From Bacteroidales bacterium (GTDB lineage: Bacteria > Bacteroidota > Bacteroidia > Bacteroidales > UBA3824), in assembly GCA_017960885.1 (NCBI GenBank), contig JAGCYI010000230.1, positions 3,175 through 67,174 on the forward strand: a stretch of 64,000 nucleotides of DNA, written 5' to 3'. Shown piece after piece: positions 1-10,256 of this stretch (the first letter of the stretch is position 1; each line of letters opens with the position of its first letter). A model generated the notes under the pieces. The model was not told the origin of the DNA. It worked only from the letters and a program-made list of their open reading frames with translations, and did not search any database. A program made the translations under genes and the position numbers.

Positions 1-2
1 AC

Positions 3-722
3 ATCGTGGTGCATGTGGCAACAGTTTTAGCCACTATCACTATTTTCCGCAAAGAGATACTCGCATTGATTATTGGATTCTTCAAAAAACTTAATCCCGA
101 CACAAATCTTACTCTCTGGCGTAGGATGAACGATGCTCAACGTTATGTAATACTGATAGTTATATCTATGATTCCGATTGGAATAGTAGGTCTTTGCTTT
201 AAGGATACTGTAGAGGATATATTTGCTGCAAGTATTACTGTAGTGGGTGTTTGTTTGATAGTAACATCGATACTTCTTGCACTTACATTCTTTTTTAAGA
301 CCGACCCCGACAAGGAGAAACGCGAGATATCGCCCCTCAACGCATTGATTATAGGTATAGCTCAGAGCATTGCGGTTTTACCTGGACTTTCGCGTTCGGG
401 TTCTACCATTGCTACTGGACTTCTCCTTGGCAACAAACGCGAGAATGTGGCTCAGTTTTCGTTCTTGATGGTTATTCCTCCTATATTGGGCGAGGCTTTG
501 TTAGATTTCAAGCATATTGTAGCACCATCGGCGGAGTATCTGGCAGAACACGGAGATGTGGTGCCGATTCCTACGTTAGCATTGTTGGTGGGCTTTGCGG
601 CTGCGTTTGTAAGCGGTTGTGTGGCTTGCAAATGGATGGTTTCCCTTATTAAAAAATGCAAGCTTATCTACTTTGCAATTTACTGCTTTATTATGGGCGT
701 GATTTGCATTACGGTGTTGTAG
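3..722 (+). CDS. uppP: Undecaprenyl-diphosphate phosphatase (5' truncated by window edge)
   Basis: Motifs HVATVLA, IGIAQSIAVLPGLSRSGSTI and FSFLM; multi-TM; frame is open from the window start. Confidence 0.95.
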   Translation: MVVHVATVLATITIFRKEILALIIGFFKKLNPDTNLTLWRRMNDAQRYVILIVISMIPIGIVGLCFKDTVEDIFAASITVVGVCLIVTSILLALTFFFKTDPDKEKREISPLNALIIGIAQSIAVLPGLSRSGSTIATGLLLGNKRENVAQFSFLMVIPPILGEALLDFKHIVAPSAEYLAEHGDVVPIPTLALLVGFAAAFVSGCVACKWMVSLIKKCKLIYFAIYCFIMGVICITVL

Positions 723-737
723 CCAGCGGCAAACGAA

Positions 738-1310
738 TTATTTTTGCTTGTACACCGGCTTTACAACGGTGCTGTCGTTGTATTTGAAAACGTCTACATG
801 GTCGGATGTGATTCTCTTGGTAGAATCTTCTTCGTATCCGCAAATAAGCACTCCGTTGTATGTGAGCTTGTGAACATATATCATCACCCTGTAAATGTCG
901 ATGGTGTCGTAGATGTATTCCACGTTGATGGTATCGTGTAGGTATTGGGTTCTTACAAAGTATTGAAACTTGGTGCTGTCGTAACAGCCCTTGTTGAAAC
1001 AAAACCAGAATGCTTTGCCTGATGTGTCCATTCCGATACCGTCGTAGTTTGAGAAAAGCATTGCGCTTTGATTGGCTTCCTCAATGGTTATTATATCTGG
1101 CATTGAGTCTACATACGACAACGGATATGTGGTTCTGTCGAAATATTTAATAATAGGACTGCCTGTGCTGTCGTAAAAATAATATGGGATAGTGTTTCGG
1201 CTGATGAAATATCGGCTTTCTTCTGTGTTTCTGTTGTTGTCGAACTTGTCGGCACAAGCTGCACAGAATAGCGCTATTATTGTTATCAGTTGGAGAATAA
1301 TTCTTTTCAT
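738..1310 (-). CDS. Hypothetical Tyr-rich lipoprotein
   Basis: 190-aa ORF with lipoprotein signal MKRIILQLITIIALFCAAC; no recognised domain. Confidence 0.7.
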   Translation of the reverse strand: MKRIILQLITIIALFCAACADKFDNNRNTEESRYFISRNTIPYYFYDSTGSPIIKYFDRTTYPLSYVDSMPDIITIEEANQSAMLFSNYDGIGMDTSGKAFWFCFNKGCYDSTKFQYFVRTQYLHDTINVEYIYDTIDIYRVMIYVHKLTYNGVLICGYEEDSTKRITSDHVDVFKYNDSTVVKPVYKQK

Positions 1311-1377
1311 ACAAAGTCTTTTTATTTTGATGCAAAAATAAATAATAAAATGTTGAAAACATCAAAAAAAGACTATT

Positions 1378-2121
1378 TTAACGTTTGAAGAATTGGTTTA
1401 TCTTGCGTAAGTTTTTAAAAATCAACGTTATGAAGCCTCCGATTTGATTTTTGCGGGCAGCATGGAGGTCTTCTTTTAGTTTTATGGCAATGTTTGATGC
1501 CGAACGGTTGCTAATGCCTCCCACACGCATCTTAACTGCAGTTATCGGGCAGTATGCCACTTTGAAATCAGGTTTCGACAAAAAACGCATCATAAGGTCG
1601 TAGTCGGCAGCTATTTTAAATGATGTGTCGAAGACGCCGTATTTCTGGTATGCGCTTTTTTTTGCAAAAAATGTGGGATGAGGCGGCATCCAACCATATT
1701 TTAAACGTTTGAAAGCAAATTCGCCAGCTTGCCAATACCGCACAATATGGCCGGTATTCTCTTTTGAAACGTAACAGAGGTCGGCATACGCTGCTTGGCT
1801 ATTGTTTTGTTCGATGGTTTCCGCCATTTGGGTAAGCACGTCGGGCGCGGCAAAAATGTCGTCGGCATGCAGAAAGGCTATGACATCGCCTGTGGCTATG
1901 CTTATTCCCTTGTTGGCAGCAAAATACATTCCGCAGTCTGGCTCTGAAACAAGTATGTCGGGCGAGAATCGGCGTACAATATCGAGCGTGTTGTCGGTGC
2001 TTACGCCATCAACAATGATATGCTCTTTGTATGGATAGTCTTGACACTGAAATGATTGCATGGCGTCGGCAATGGTGCCCTCGTTGTTTTTGCAAAGCGT
2101 TATTACCGAAATCTTAACCAT
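1378..2121 (-). CDS. Glycosyltransferase family 2 (WcaE-like)
   Basis: KISVIT, IIVDGVSTDNT, FLHADD, WMPPHPTFF, IAADYDLMMR. Confidence 0.93.
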   Translation of the reverse strand: MVKISVITLCKNNEGTIADAMQSFQCQDYPYKEHIIVDGVSTDNTLDIVRRFSPDILVSEPDCGMYFAANKGISIATGDVIAFLHADDIFAAPDVLTQMAETIEQNNSQAAYADLCYVSKENTGHIVRYWQAGEFAFKRLKYGWMPPHPTFFAKKSAYQKYGVFDTSFKIAADYDLMMRFLSKPDFKVAYCPITAVKMRVGGISNRSASNIAIKLKEDLHAARKNQIGGFITLIFKNLRKINQFFKR

Positions 2122-2668
2122 TTATTTCTCTCTCCTTGATTTTTACAGCCGGATTGCCTTTGTAGATTGAATAGGGAAGCATTTTGATAGGAGCTACCGA
2201 ACCCGCAGCAAGCACAGAGTGACTTTGACATACGGTGCCGGCAGTAACAATTGATTTTGCACATAGCCATACGCCGTCTTCTAATATTACAGGAGCGGTA
2301 ATGAGTTTAAAATCAATTTGTTTATAGTTGTGACTGCCTGTTTCAATCAGCACTCCTTGCGATATGCAGCAGTTTTTGCCTATTGTCACCTGCGCGAGAT
2401 TGTCGATCCAAGCTCCTTCGCCTATCCACGAGTTGTCGCCAATGGATAAAAGCCACGGATATTTAATCACTACCCGTGGCTTGATAACTACATTTTTACC
2501 TATTTTGGCGCCAAACATCTTTAAAATCAGCCGTTTGATTCCGTTTAAAGGGAACAGCGGCGTGGAATAGAAAGTGTGGCACACAACATACCACAACGCT
2601 CTTGTAATGAAAGAACGTCCTGGACTGTATCCTCCCTTAGTGTATTTTTGAAGATCGGTTGTGCTCAA
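2114..2668 (-). CDS. wcaF: WcaF-family polysaccharide acetyltransferase
   Basis: FGAKIG..IKYPWLLSIGDNSWIGE hexapeptide repeats, TGSHNY, GNPA; TTG start abuts panD stop. Confidence 0.88.
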   Translation of the reverse strand: MSTTDLQKYTKGGYSPGRSFITRALWYVVCHTFYSTPLFPLNGIKRLILKMFGAKIGKNVVIKPRVVIKYPWLLSIGDNSWIGEGAWIDNLAQVTIGKNCCISQGVLIETGSHNYKQIDFKLITAPVILEDGVWLCAKSIVTAGTVCQSHSVLAAGSVAPIKMLPYSIYKGNPAVKIKEREING

Positions 2669-3022
2669 TTACTTAACTATCTTGTTGGTGGCTGTGTCGG
2701 GAAACACTATTTTAGGCTTGAAGGTCTTGGCCTCTTCAAAATCCATTGAAGCATAGGAAATAATGATGACTATGTCGCCGGGAAGCACCTTCCTTGCAGC
2801 CGGACCGTTTAAACAGATGCAGCCGCTACCGTATTCGCCTTTTATCACGTAGGTTTCCAGGCGTTCTCCGTTGTTGATGTTCACCACCTGTACCTTTTCG
2901 TTTTCGATAATACCAGCCTCGTGCATCAGCTGTTCGTCGATGGTGATGCTGCCAATATAGTCGAGACAAGCCTGAGTAACGGTAACCCGATGTATTTTCG
3001 ACTTTAATACTTCGATGTTCAT
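2669..3022 (-). CDS. panD: Aspartate 1-decarboxylase
   Basis: [15 protein letters not shown] (G-S cleavage site), [15 protein letters not shown]. Confidence 0.97.
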   Translation of the reverse strand: MNIEVLKSKIHRVTVTQACLDYIGSITIDEQLMHEAGIIENEKVQVVNINNGERLETYVIKGEYGSGCICLNGPAARKVLPGDIVIIISYASMDFEEAKTFKPKIVFPDTATNKIVK

Positions 3023-3030
3023 TTTCAGAG

Positions 3031-3876
3031 TTACAAAAGAATGTTGTCGATGAGGCGTGTCTTGCCATCGTAAACAGTGATGCAGATGACTGCGTTTTTC
3101 GGATATTCGTTAGCAATTGGCTGTAGAGTCTCCTTGTCGGCGATTTCTACATATTCGAGGCAGAGGTTGGCGTCGGAGGCTATGCTTCGTTTGATAAAAT
3201 CGGTTATCTGTTTTTGCGTAGCCTTGTTGTCTGCCATCTTTTTTGCTTCGAAAAGAGTCTTAGATATCAGCAGAGCGCTCTTACGTTGTTCGGGCGAAAG
3301 ATGCACGTTTCGGCTGCTGAGGGCGAGACCGTCAGATTCGCGTTTGATCGGGCACGATACGATTTCGCCTTTGAATGTAGGCATATACTTACGCACCATT
3401 GCCTTTATAACTGCAATCTGCTGGTAGTCTTTTTGTCCGAAATAGGCGCGGTCGGGCTCCACAATGTTGAAAAGCCGGCTTACCACTTGGCATACTCCGT
3501 TGAAATGTCCTGGACGGTATTTGCCCTCCATCACTTCGGCTACCGAACCAAGTGAGAATACTCTTGTGTCGGGAGTGGGATACATCTCATCAACTGTTGG
3601 TGCAAAAACAATGTCGCATGAGTTTTTTTCCAACAGGGCAAAGTCGGCGTCGGGGTCGCGGGGATATTTTTCAAGATCCTCCTTGTTATTGAATTGTGTG
3701 GGATTAACAAAAATGCTCACCACAGTAATGTCGTTTTCTTTGGCTGCTCTTTCTACCAAAGAGATGTGTCCTTGGTGAAGCGCTCCCATAGTGGGAACGA
3801 AACCGATTGATTTTGACTGCGCACGCAGTTTTTGCAGCCTTTGTTTCAGAAGGTCTGTTTCTTTGTATATTTCCAT
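3031..3876 (-). CDS. panC: Pantoate--beta-alanine ligase
   Basis: [43 protein letters not shown]; start adjusted to ATG at 3876. Confidence 0.97.
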   Translation of the reverse strand: MEIYKETDLLKQRLQKLRAQSKSIGFVPTMGALHQGHISLVERAAKENDITVVSIFVNPTQFNNKEDLEKYPRDPDADFALLEKNSCDIVFAPTVDEMYPTPDTRVFSLGSVAEVMEGKYRPGHFNGVCQVVSRLFNIVEPDRAYFGQKDYQQIAVIKAMVRKYMPTFKGEIVSCPIKRESDGLALSSRNVHLSPEQRKSALLISKTLFEAKKMADNKATQKQITDFIKRSIASDANLCLEYVEIADKETLQPIANEYPKNAVICITVYDGKTRLIDNILL

Positions 3877-3919
3877 TTCGCAAGTTTTAAAATTTGGTGC
3901 AAAGTTAAATAAAAAAAGC

Positions 3920-4360
3920 TTATTTGAGCAGAATCGAAAATTCCTTTGTTCCGGCGAACTCAATCTGTGAATCGTTGGTTTTGCATTTGATCTGCACTTC
4001 CCACCATCCTTTGCGGGGGTTTTTCTTTTCTGATTTGATGTGCACGAGGTTGTCTTCGGCTTCAGAAATGTTGGCAGTGACTGTGGCTGTAGACATCAGG
4101 GTCTTTTTTGTGCTCATATAGTAATACCAACGGAATTCAAAATTTACAGACTCTGCCTGAAGCTTTTCCAGTTCTGTCTTGCTGAATACAATCTCAAGGT
4201 CGAAGTTTTGATCCAGTTTGGCTCCTTCGGTTTTTGCCTCTTTGAGTGTAACCTTGCTTCCGCCGCAGTTGAATATTACTTGTGCCGGTGTTACCTCGGT
4301 CTGCGCCTTTATGCCTACGGCTGCAAATAGCGCAATTAACAACATTGTAATAGTTTTCAT
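3920..4360 (-). CDS. Hypothetical secreted protein
   Basis: 146 aa, Sec signal peptide (AVGIKA-Q), beta-rich mature region. Confidence 0.7.
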   Translation of the reverse strand: MKTITMLLIALFAAVGIKAQTEVTPAQVIFNCGGSKVTLKEAKTEGAKLDQNFDLEIVFSKTELEKLQAESVNFEFRWYYYMSTKKTLMSTATVTANISEAEDNLVHIKSEKKNPRKGWWEVQIKCKTNDSQIEFAGTKEFSILLK

Positions 4361-4435
4361 AGTTGAAAAAGTTTTAGAAAGTCAGTTTTCGAAATAATTG
4401 TTGCAAAACTTGAGCCGAAATGAACTGACAGAATG

Positions 4436-4951
4436 TTAATCTATTTTAAGGTGTTCTTTTATAGCTTTGCGCAATTCAGATTCGGGAAGTCCGCCGGTCA
4501 TTTGTTCCCAATTGCCTTCTGCGTCAACAAAAATCATAGTGGGTATGGCGTCGAACTCAAACATCGAGGCGGCTTTCTGACATTTGTCGATGTCTACTGA
4601 AAATACTTGCATCTTGTTGCCGTATTCTTGTTGGAGCTTTGCCAAAACGGGAGCGAGCTGTCGGCATGGCCCGCACCATGAGGCGTTGTAGTCGATGATG
4701 AATGGAACAGGGCATATTATTTCGTTGCTTTCCATTTCTATGCACAAAGTGTTGAAGGTTTCGTCGGTGAGTTCTATTACTTTACCGTCGTTTTCGTATG
4801 CTACAGTTTCTGATAAAACTTGTTCTGTTTCAATTTCGTTTCCTGTTTTTTGAGGAAGAATTTCGCTGAGATTTCCTGATGCGTCGCCTTGTGGCGAAAA
4901 ACAAGCTGCAAAAGGAAGTGCTAAAATGGATAATATGACTAATCTTCTCAT
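4436..4951 (-). CDS. Thioredoxin-domain lipoprotein
   Basis: WCGPC active site; lipobox LPFAAC. Confidence 0.9.
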   Translation of the reverse strand: MRRLVILSILALPFAACFSPQGDASGNLSEILPQKTGNEIETEQVLSETVAYENDGKVIELTDETFNTLCIEMESNEIICPVPFIIDYNASWCGPCRQLAPVLAKLQQEYGNKMQVFSVDIDKCQKAASMFEFDAIPTMIFVDAEGNWEQMTGGLPESELRKAIKEHLKID

Positions 4952-5138
4952 TTTTAATGTGTTTTTGGGTTATAACTTTATGGCGTAAAGATAACAACAA
5001 TTTTTTTTTGAGAAAAAATAAAAAAATACATTTTTATGATTAGGGTAAATCCTTTTTTGTGTGTCATACTAATGAGAATTCGAAAGAAAATCTCACCGAT
5101 TATTAAATTGAATATTAACTCATTTAATTACTACCGCC

Positions 5139-5270
5139 ATGAACAATACATATTACAGCCCCGCAAGCATTGACGTAGACTTGATGGAGAGCGCCGACAC
5201 TTCTTCTTTGGTAGAAATGATAGCAACTTTGGCTATGGCCGATGCCGACGATTTCTACAGCGAGATTTAG
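5139..5270 (+). CDS. Small acidic ORF, 43 aa (MNNTYYSPASIDVDLMESADTSSLVEMIATLAMADADDFYSEI), not in the ORF track
   Basis: Translated by hand; coding-like composition inside an AT-rich intergenic region, followed by a strong hairpin. Confidence 0.55.
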   Translation: MNNTYYSPASIDVDLMESADTSSLVEMIATLAMADADDFYSEI

Positions 5271-5301
5271 ATTATTTGAAATTACGATAACAACCTGATA
5301 C

Positions 5302-5359
5302 AAACGAAGCGGATTGCTTACTTTGGATTATTTCCAAGTAGCAATCCGCTTCGTTTTTG
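5302..5359. terminator. Long bidirectional intrinsic terminator
   Basis: AAACGAAGCGGATTGCT...AGCAATCCGCTTCGTTT inverted repeat between the convergent small ORF and queA. Confidence 0.85.
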
Positions 5360-5373
5360 TTATGAGGGGTTTC

Positions 5374-6426
5374 TTAAAGAATCAGCATAGCGTCGCCGTA
5401 GGGTCCGAAGCGATAACCTTCTTTGAGTGCTATTTGGTACGAACTCATAAGGAAATCGAATCCTGCGAATGCCGAAGTGGTCATAAGCATTGTGGAATAC
5501 GGGTGGTGGAAGTTGGTGATGAGGCTCGAGGGGACGCTGAAATCGTAAGGCGGGAAAATGAATTTGTTTGTCCAGCCTTCGAACGGTTTGAGGTATCCGC
5601 TTGTAGACACTGAGCTTTCCAATGTGCGGAGAGTGGAAATGCCTACTGCGCAAACGTTTTTATGCTCGTCTTTGCCTTTGTTTACAATGTCGACACAATT
5701 TTGCTCAATAAAAATCTGCTCGCTGTCCATCTTGTGCTTAGTGAGGTCTTCCACGTCAACGTTGCGGAAGTTGCCCAACCCAACGTGCGCAGTGATTTCG
5801 GCAAAGTTTACTCCTACGATTTCAAGACGTTTTAAGAGTGTTTTGCTGAAGTGGAGACCGGCAGCAGGAGCAGCCACAGCGCCCTCGTGCTTAGCAAAAA
5901 TTGTTTGGTAACGGTCTTTGTCTTCGGGTGTTACCGGACGGTTGATATATTTTGTGGGCAGGGGAGTTTCGCCCATGCTGTAAAGAATCTTTTTGAAATC
6001 GTCGTACTGACCATCGAATAAGAATCTGAGTGTGCGGCCGCGCGAAGTGGTGTTGTCGATAACTTCAGCCACAAGGCTGTCGTCTTCACCAAAATATAGT
6101 TTGTTGCCAATTCGTATTTTGCGGGCTGGATCTACGAGCACGTCCCAAAGGCGTTGGTCGTGGTTGAGCTCGCGCAGAAGAAATACTTCTATTTTGGCTC
6201 CTGTTTTTTCCTTGTTGCCGTAGAGGCGTGCCGGAAACACTTTCGTGTTGTTAAACACCATTACGTCTCCGTCGTTGAAATACTCAACTATGTCTTTGAA
6301 TATCCTGTGTTCTACCGACTTGGTTTTTCTATTGATAACCATCAGCCGCGCCTCGTCTCTGTTTTCGGTGGGAAAAAGTGCCACCTGCTTATCCGGAAGT
6401 TCGTACTTAAACTTTGATAATTTCAT
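5374..6426 (-). CDS. queA: SAM:tRNA ribosyltransferase-isomerase
   Basis: [40 protein letters not shown]. Confidence 0.96.
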   Translation of the reverse strand: MKLSKFKYELPDKQVALFPTENRDEARLMVINRKTKSVEHRIFKDIVEYFNDGDVMVFNNTKVFPARLYGNKEKTGAKIEVFLLRELNHDQRLWDVLVDPARKIRIGNKLYFGEDDSLVAEVIDNTTSRGRTLRFLFDGQYDDFKKILYSMGETPLPTKYINRPVTPEDKDRYQTIFAKHEGAVAAPAAGLHFSKTLLKRLEIVGVNFAEITAHVGLGNFRNVDVEDLTKHKMDSEQIFIEQNCVDIVNKGKDEHKNVCAVGISTLRTLESSVSTSGYLKPFEGWTNKFIFPPYDFSVPSSLITNFHHPYSTMLMTTSAFAGFDFLMSSYQIALKEGYRFGPYGDAMLIL

Positions 6427-6484
6427 TTGGTAGTTAACTATTTAGAATATTTTTGTACAAATTGCAACGTTGCAAATATATAAA

Positions 6485-7216
6485 TTATTGTTTAAAATTT
6501 GACAATTTTTTTTCGAAATCTTCCAAAGAAATTGCCGATTCTATTGATATTTCGCCTATTTGTGTCCGTCTTAATCCGGCGAGGTATGCGCCTACTCCGA
6601 GTCTCTGCCCTATGTCGTGAGCGAGGGATCGGATGTAAGTGCCTTTGCTACAAGATACTATGGCTTTGAACTGTTTTTTGTCTTCGTCCCACTCTGTGAT
6701 ATCTATTGCATATATATATATAAGGTGCGGGCGCATTTTTACTTCGTCGGCGCGTCCCTTGTGTGCGGATATGTAGGCGGGTTTCCCGTCGATTTTCTTT
6801 GCGCTGTATACTGGAGGATACTGTGTCTGCTCGCCAATAAAGGTTTTCAGGCAGTTTTCCACCATCTCTCTGGTAACAGAGGAAGAGTCTTTGAAGTTTT
6901 CTGGCTCGGTTTCAAGGTCGAAGCTTGGGGTGGTGGCACCCAGTTGTATTGTGGCGATATACTTTTTGTCGTGGTCTTGGAATGTGGTTATTTCCTTGGT
7001 TTTACGTCCGGTGCATACTATGAGTAGCCCCGAGGCGAGAGGATCGAGAGTTCCTGCGTGTCCCACTTTTATCTTTTTGATTCCAAGGTGGGTTTTGAGC
7101 ATATAGCGTACTTTGTTTACAAGGTCGAACGATGTCCAGCGTAGTGGCTTGTCGAATACCAGTACTTGTCCTAAAGAAAAGGGGTCTGTGGGTTGTTGTG
7201 TCTGAATGTCAGGCAT
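6485..7216 (-). CDS. truB: tRNA pseudouridine(55) synthase
   Basis: KVGHAGTLDPLASG, CSKGTYIRSLAHD; start adjusted to ATG at 7216. Confidence 0.96.
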   Translation of the reverse strand: MPDIQTQQPTDPFSLGQVLVFDKPLRWTSFDLVNKVRYMLKTHLGIKKIKVGHAGTLDPLASGLLIVCTGRKTKEITTFQDHDKKYIATIQLGATTPSFDLETEPENFKDSSSVTREMVENCLKTFIGEQTQYPPVYSAKKIDGKPAYISAHKGRADEVKMRPHLIYIYAIDITEWDEDKKQFKAIVSCSKGTYIRSLAHDIGQRLGVGAYLAGLRRTQIGEISIESAISLEDFEKKLSNFKQ

Positions 7217-7230
7217 ATATTTAAAATTAA

Positions 7231-7518
7231 TTATTGTTTGTGTTTTAGTTTTGCACGGCGTAATGCACGGCGTATTTTGTAAAAGTTTGGCGGCGGCACT
7301 GGGTCGAAACCGTGCGTGCCCCATGGGTTGCATCGTAGTATTCGCCAAGCAGCTAGCAGCGTGCCTCTTATAATACCATGGTATTCAACAGCTTGTAGTG
7401 CATACATGGAGCATGTGGGCGTATGACGGCAGGCGTCGGGCAGCCACGGTGAGATGCACAGCCGGTAGAATTTCACTGGCAGAAGGTAGATTTTTCTAAT
7501 TACAGTCGCAATTGTCAT
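7231..7518 (-). CDS. yidD: Membrane protein insertion efficiency factor
   Basis: [37 protein letters not shown]. Confidence 0.92.
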   Translation of the reverse strand: MTIATVIRKIYLLPVKFYRLCISPWLPDACRHTPTCSMYALQAVEYHGIIRGTLLAAWRILRCNPWGTHGFDPVPPPNFYKIRRALRRAKLKHKQ

Positions 7519-8095
7519 TAACTAATTCTTTAACAGAAGATAGCTTGCAGTAGCATTCGCGGCAAAGAGGCTCGTATGTGTTTTTTTCGCCGAGGCTCAC
7601 CAGTTTGTCGTCGTCGGATAGGCGGTGAGAAAACTGGGCTATAGAACCGCAACGTGTGCATATAGCGTGTACTTTGGTAACGTCGTCGGCAATGCACATG
7701 ATGCTGCCCATAGGACCAAACGGACGACCGAGATAGTCCATATCTAATCCGGCAACAATTACCCTGATGCCTCTGTGGGCTAATGTACGGCATACCGATG
7801 TGAGGTTGGCATCAAAAAACTGTGCCTCGTCGATGCCGATTACCTGTGCGTTTGCGCATAGGGCGAGTATGTCGGTGCTGGAGTTTACCACTAACGACTG
7901 CACAGAGTGTTTGTCGTGCGACACCACGGCTGTTTTGCTGTAACGGGTGTCGGTGGCGGGCTTGAATATAGCAGTTCTAAGTCTCGCAATTTGTGCGCGG
8001 CGCAGACGGCGTATAAGCTCTTCTGTCTTGCCCGAAAACATTGAGCCGGAGATAACTTCGATGCTTCCGGCGTGGCATTTAGGTTCGAGAAACAT
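7496..8095 (-). CDS. tdk: Thymidine kinase
   Basis: [17 protein letters not shown], Zn motifs CTRC and CREC. Confidence 0.96.
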   Translation of the reverse strand: MFLEPKCHAGSIEVISGSMFSGKTEELIRRLRRAQIARLRTAIFKPATDTRYSKTAVVSHDKHSVQSLVVNSSTDILALCANAQVIGIDEAQFFDANLTSVCRTLAHRGIRVIVAGLDMDYLGRPFGPMGSIMCIADDVTKVHAICTRCGSIAQFSHRLSDDDKLVSLGEKNTYEPLCRECYCKLSSVKELVNDNCDCN

Positions 8096-8142
8096 GTTGT
8101 TGGGTTTTATTTGGCTGCAAATTTATATATAATTTTTGAGGA

Positions 8143-8829
8143 TTATTGTACTTTCTTAGTTTTGCCAACCACATATTCTGCGTAGCTTATATCCTCAAAA
8201 GTGGTGATTTTGATATTGCTGCGGTCGCCGTCGATGAGGTTGATTTGCTCGCCAAGACGCTCCACTACAGATGCGTCGTCGGTGAATGTGGGTTCGTATG
8301 GCTGGGTGTATGCGCGGCGGAGAACTTCGGCATGGAACACTTGTGGAGTTTGGATAAGTTTTACGGTGTTGCGGTCGATGATTTTGCTTGTTCCGTCTGG
8401 CAACACAGTGCGGATAGATTCAGGCGGATTGATGCATGGCACGGCGTTGCCTTTGAGGGCTGCTGTGGTATAGCACTGCGCAATGCACGATACCGATACG
8501 AGCGGACGTACTCCGTCGTGAACGCCTACGAGGTCGGTGTCGGAGGAGAGTGCGTCGACTGCGTTTTTTACCGAATGGAAACGTTCCTCGCCGCCTTTTA
8601 CTATGCGGTAGCTGCTTTCGGGCAGGAACGCCTGCGAAATCCGTTTCCAGTAGTCGATGTATTGAGCGGGCAGAGCAATAAGCACGTCGATAGTGGGGTC
8701 GAAACTGCGGAACTGTCCTACAGTGCGGCACAGGATTGGTATTCCGGCTATGTCTAAGAATTGTTTGGGCGTGCTGAGCCCCATACGTACGCCTTTGCCT
8801 CCAGCTACTATAATTACAGCGCGTTTCAT
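8143..8829 (-). CDS. ispD: 2-C-methyl-D-erythritol 4-phosphate cytidylyltransferase
   Basis: VAGGKGVRM..PKQF, HDGVRP, QTPQVF, TDDASVVE, NIKITT. Confidence 0.96.
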   Translation of the reverse strand: MKRAVIIVAGGKGVRMGLSTPKQFLDIAGIPILCRTVGQFRSFDPTIDVLIALPAQYIDYWKRISQAFLPESSYRIVKGGEERFHSVKNAVDALSSDTDLVGVHDGVRPLVSVSCIAQCYTTAALKGNAVPCINPPESIRTVLPDGTSKIIDRNTVKLIQTPQVFHAEVLRRAYTQPYEPTFTDDASVVERLGEQINLIDGDRSNIKITTFEDISYAEYVVGKTKKVQ

Positions 8830-9695
8830 TAGGCTGCGGTGATGTTTATGTTGTCGGCAATATGCTGAGCCACACGCTTGTTGATTTTGTCGGCGAGCAA
8901 GTTGAGGTTGAATCCTTTCTTTTCGAATGTGGCGAGCTCTACCAGTGCGATTGTTTTGCCATTGAATACTATTGGAATGAAAATAAGGTGTTTAGGTGAG
9001 CCTTGTCCGAGACCCGACACCACTACTTGTATATAGTTTTCGGGGATGTTGTCGAGCATGAGGATCTTCTTGTCTTTTGCAACCTGTCCGTTGATGCCTT
9101 CGCCCAGTTCGAAAGTGCGGTCGGTGTCGGGTGTGTAGTAAGCGTAAGTGCTCTTGATTTCAAATTTATCAATTTTTGGGTTGAGCGCGTAAGCTACGCC
9201 CTGTACAATGTCGAATACTTTGGCAAAATTGCTAAGCAGTTTGTCGAAGTAGTCGTTGAGGTCGGCGGTTTGTTCAAGGTCGACGGCGATGTCGGAAGCC
9301 ACTTGTTCGAGATGTTTGTTTTCTTCGGCTTCGCGTTTGGCTTTGAGTTCTTTTTCTTGGCGTAATTTTTCTTGCTTAACTTTTTCGTTGTTTTCTTCGG
9401 CTTCGCTGCGTGCTTCGCCATAAGAGTCGTTGAGACGGTCGTTGCTGCCTCTGTTTGGGAGAAAGTCGAGTTGTCTTTCTAATACGTCGGCGTCGTGAAG
9501 CAGTCTTTTCGCATAAGCGGTTACTGCCGCCATTACTATTGCGGAGAGGATTGGGAATCCTATCAGTAGCCATCCTGCAAAGTTTTGTGTCATCGGCAAT
9601 ATTATCGATGTAACAGTTGCTATGCACACAATAACCCAGATGGTTAGTACTGTGGTTATTTTTTTCTGTCCAATTACGAATTTATTCATGGCCAA
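8829..9695 (-). CDS. Membrane protein: 2 TM + coiled coil + GAF domain
   Basis: Two N-terminal TMs, E/K-rich helix, GAF signature FELGEGINGQVA..VSGLG..LIFIPI..VELA. Confidence 0.82.
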   Translation of the reverse strand: MAMNKFVIGQKKITTVLTIWVIVCIATVTSIILPMTQNFAGWLLIGFPILSAIVMAAVTAYAKRLLHDADVLERQLDFLPNRGSNDRLNDSYGEARSEAEENNEKVKQEKLRQEKELKAKREAEENKHLEQVASDIAVDLEQTADLNDYFDKLLSNFAKVFDIVQGVAYALNPKIDKFEIKSTYAYYTPDTDRTFELGEGINGQVAKDKKILMLDNIPENYIQVVVSGLGQGSPKHLIFIPIVFNGKTIALVELATFEKKGFNLNLLADKINKRVAQHIADNINITAA

Positions 9696-9702
9696 ATATT
9701 CA

Positions 9703-10251
9703 TTAGAGGTTTTTCAAATAATCTATAATATTGTTTGTGAGCATAATGTAGTCTACTTCGGTGGTTTTGATTGCTGCGGAGGTCATAGTTTTTACCTGAC
9801 ATTCGTCGGGCGACTGCACAATTACAGTGCCACCGGCATCTTTGATAGCTTTTAGACCAAGAGCTCCGTCTTTGTTTGCACCAGAGAGCAGTATGCCGAT
9901 TGCGTTTTCTTTGTAAGTGTTTGCAATAGAGCAGAAAGTAACGTCGATGGATGGTCTCGAGTGGTTTACAGGTTCTTCGGTAGAGAGCGAAAACTGATTG
10001 TTGGCGTCGACATACATGTGGTAGTTGGCTGGCGCAAGGTAGGCTACGCCCGGCATAGCGGTATCCTTGTCGTATGGTTCGCAAATCGGAATGTTAGATT
10101 TGAGCGAAAGAGCCTCTACAAACCCGCCCCTCACGTTTTTTAATCGGTGTAGGCATAGAAAAATGGTATGCGGATAGTTGCGCGGTATGCTTGCGAGCAA
10201 CGCTGTTACCGCTTGAAAACTTCCTGCCGATCCGCCAATTACTATGTACAT
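9703..10251 (-). CDS. cheB: Stand-alone CheB methylesterase (no receiver domain)
   Basis: IGGSAG (Ser), LHR (His), SRPSIDV, LLSGANKDGA (Asp). Confidence 0.92.
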   Translation of the reverse strand: MYIVIGGSAGSFQAVTALLASIPRNYPHTIFLCLHRLKNVRGGFVEALSLKSNIPICEPYDKDTAMPGVAYLAPANYHMYVDANNQFSLSTEEPVNHSRPSIDVTFCSIANTYKENAIGILLSGANKDGALGLKAIKDAGGTVIVQSPDECQVKTMTSAAIKTTEVDYIMLTNNIIDYLKNL

Positions 10252-10256
10252 GTTTT

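Noticed and set aside
7217-7348. N-terminal extensions of ORF-track calls (truB here; likewise panC, gmd, ftsX, ACP, cotH, galE, 13972 and 15677 ORFs)
   Set aside because: They overlap neighbouring genes or promoters; downstream ATGs match the family starts and signal peptides
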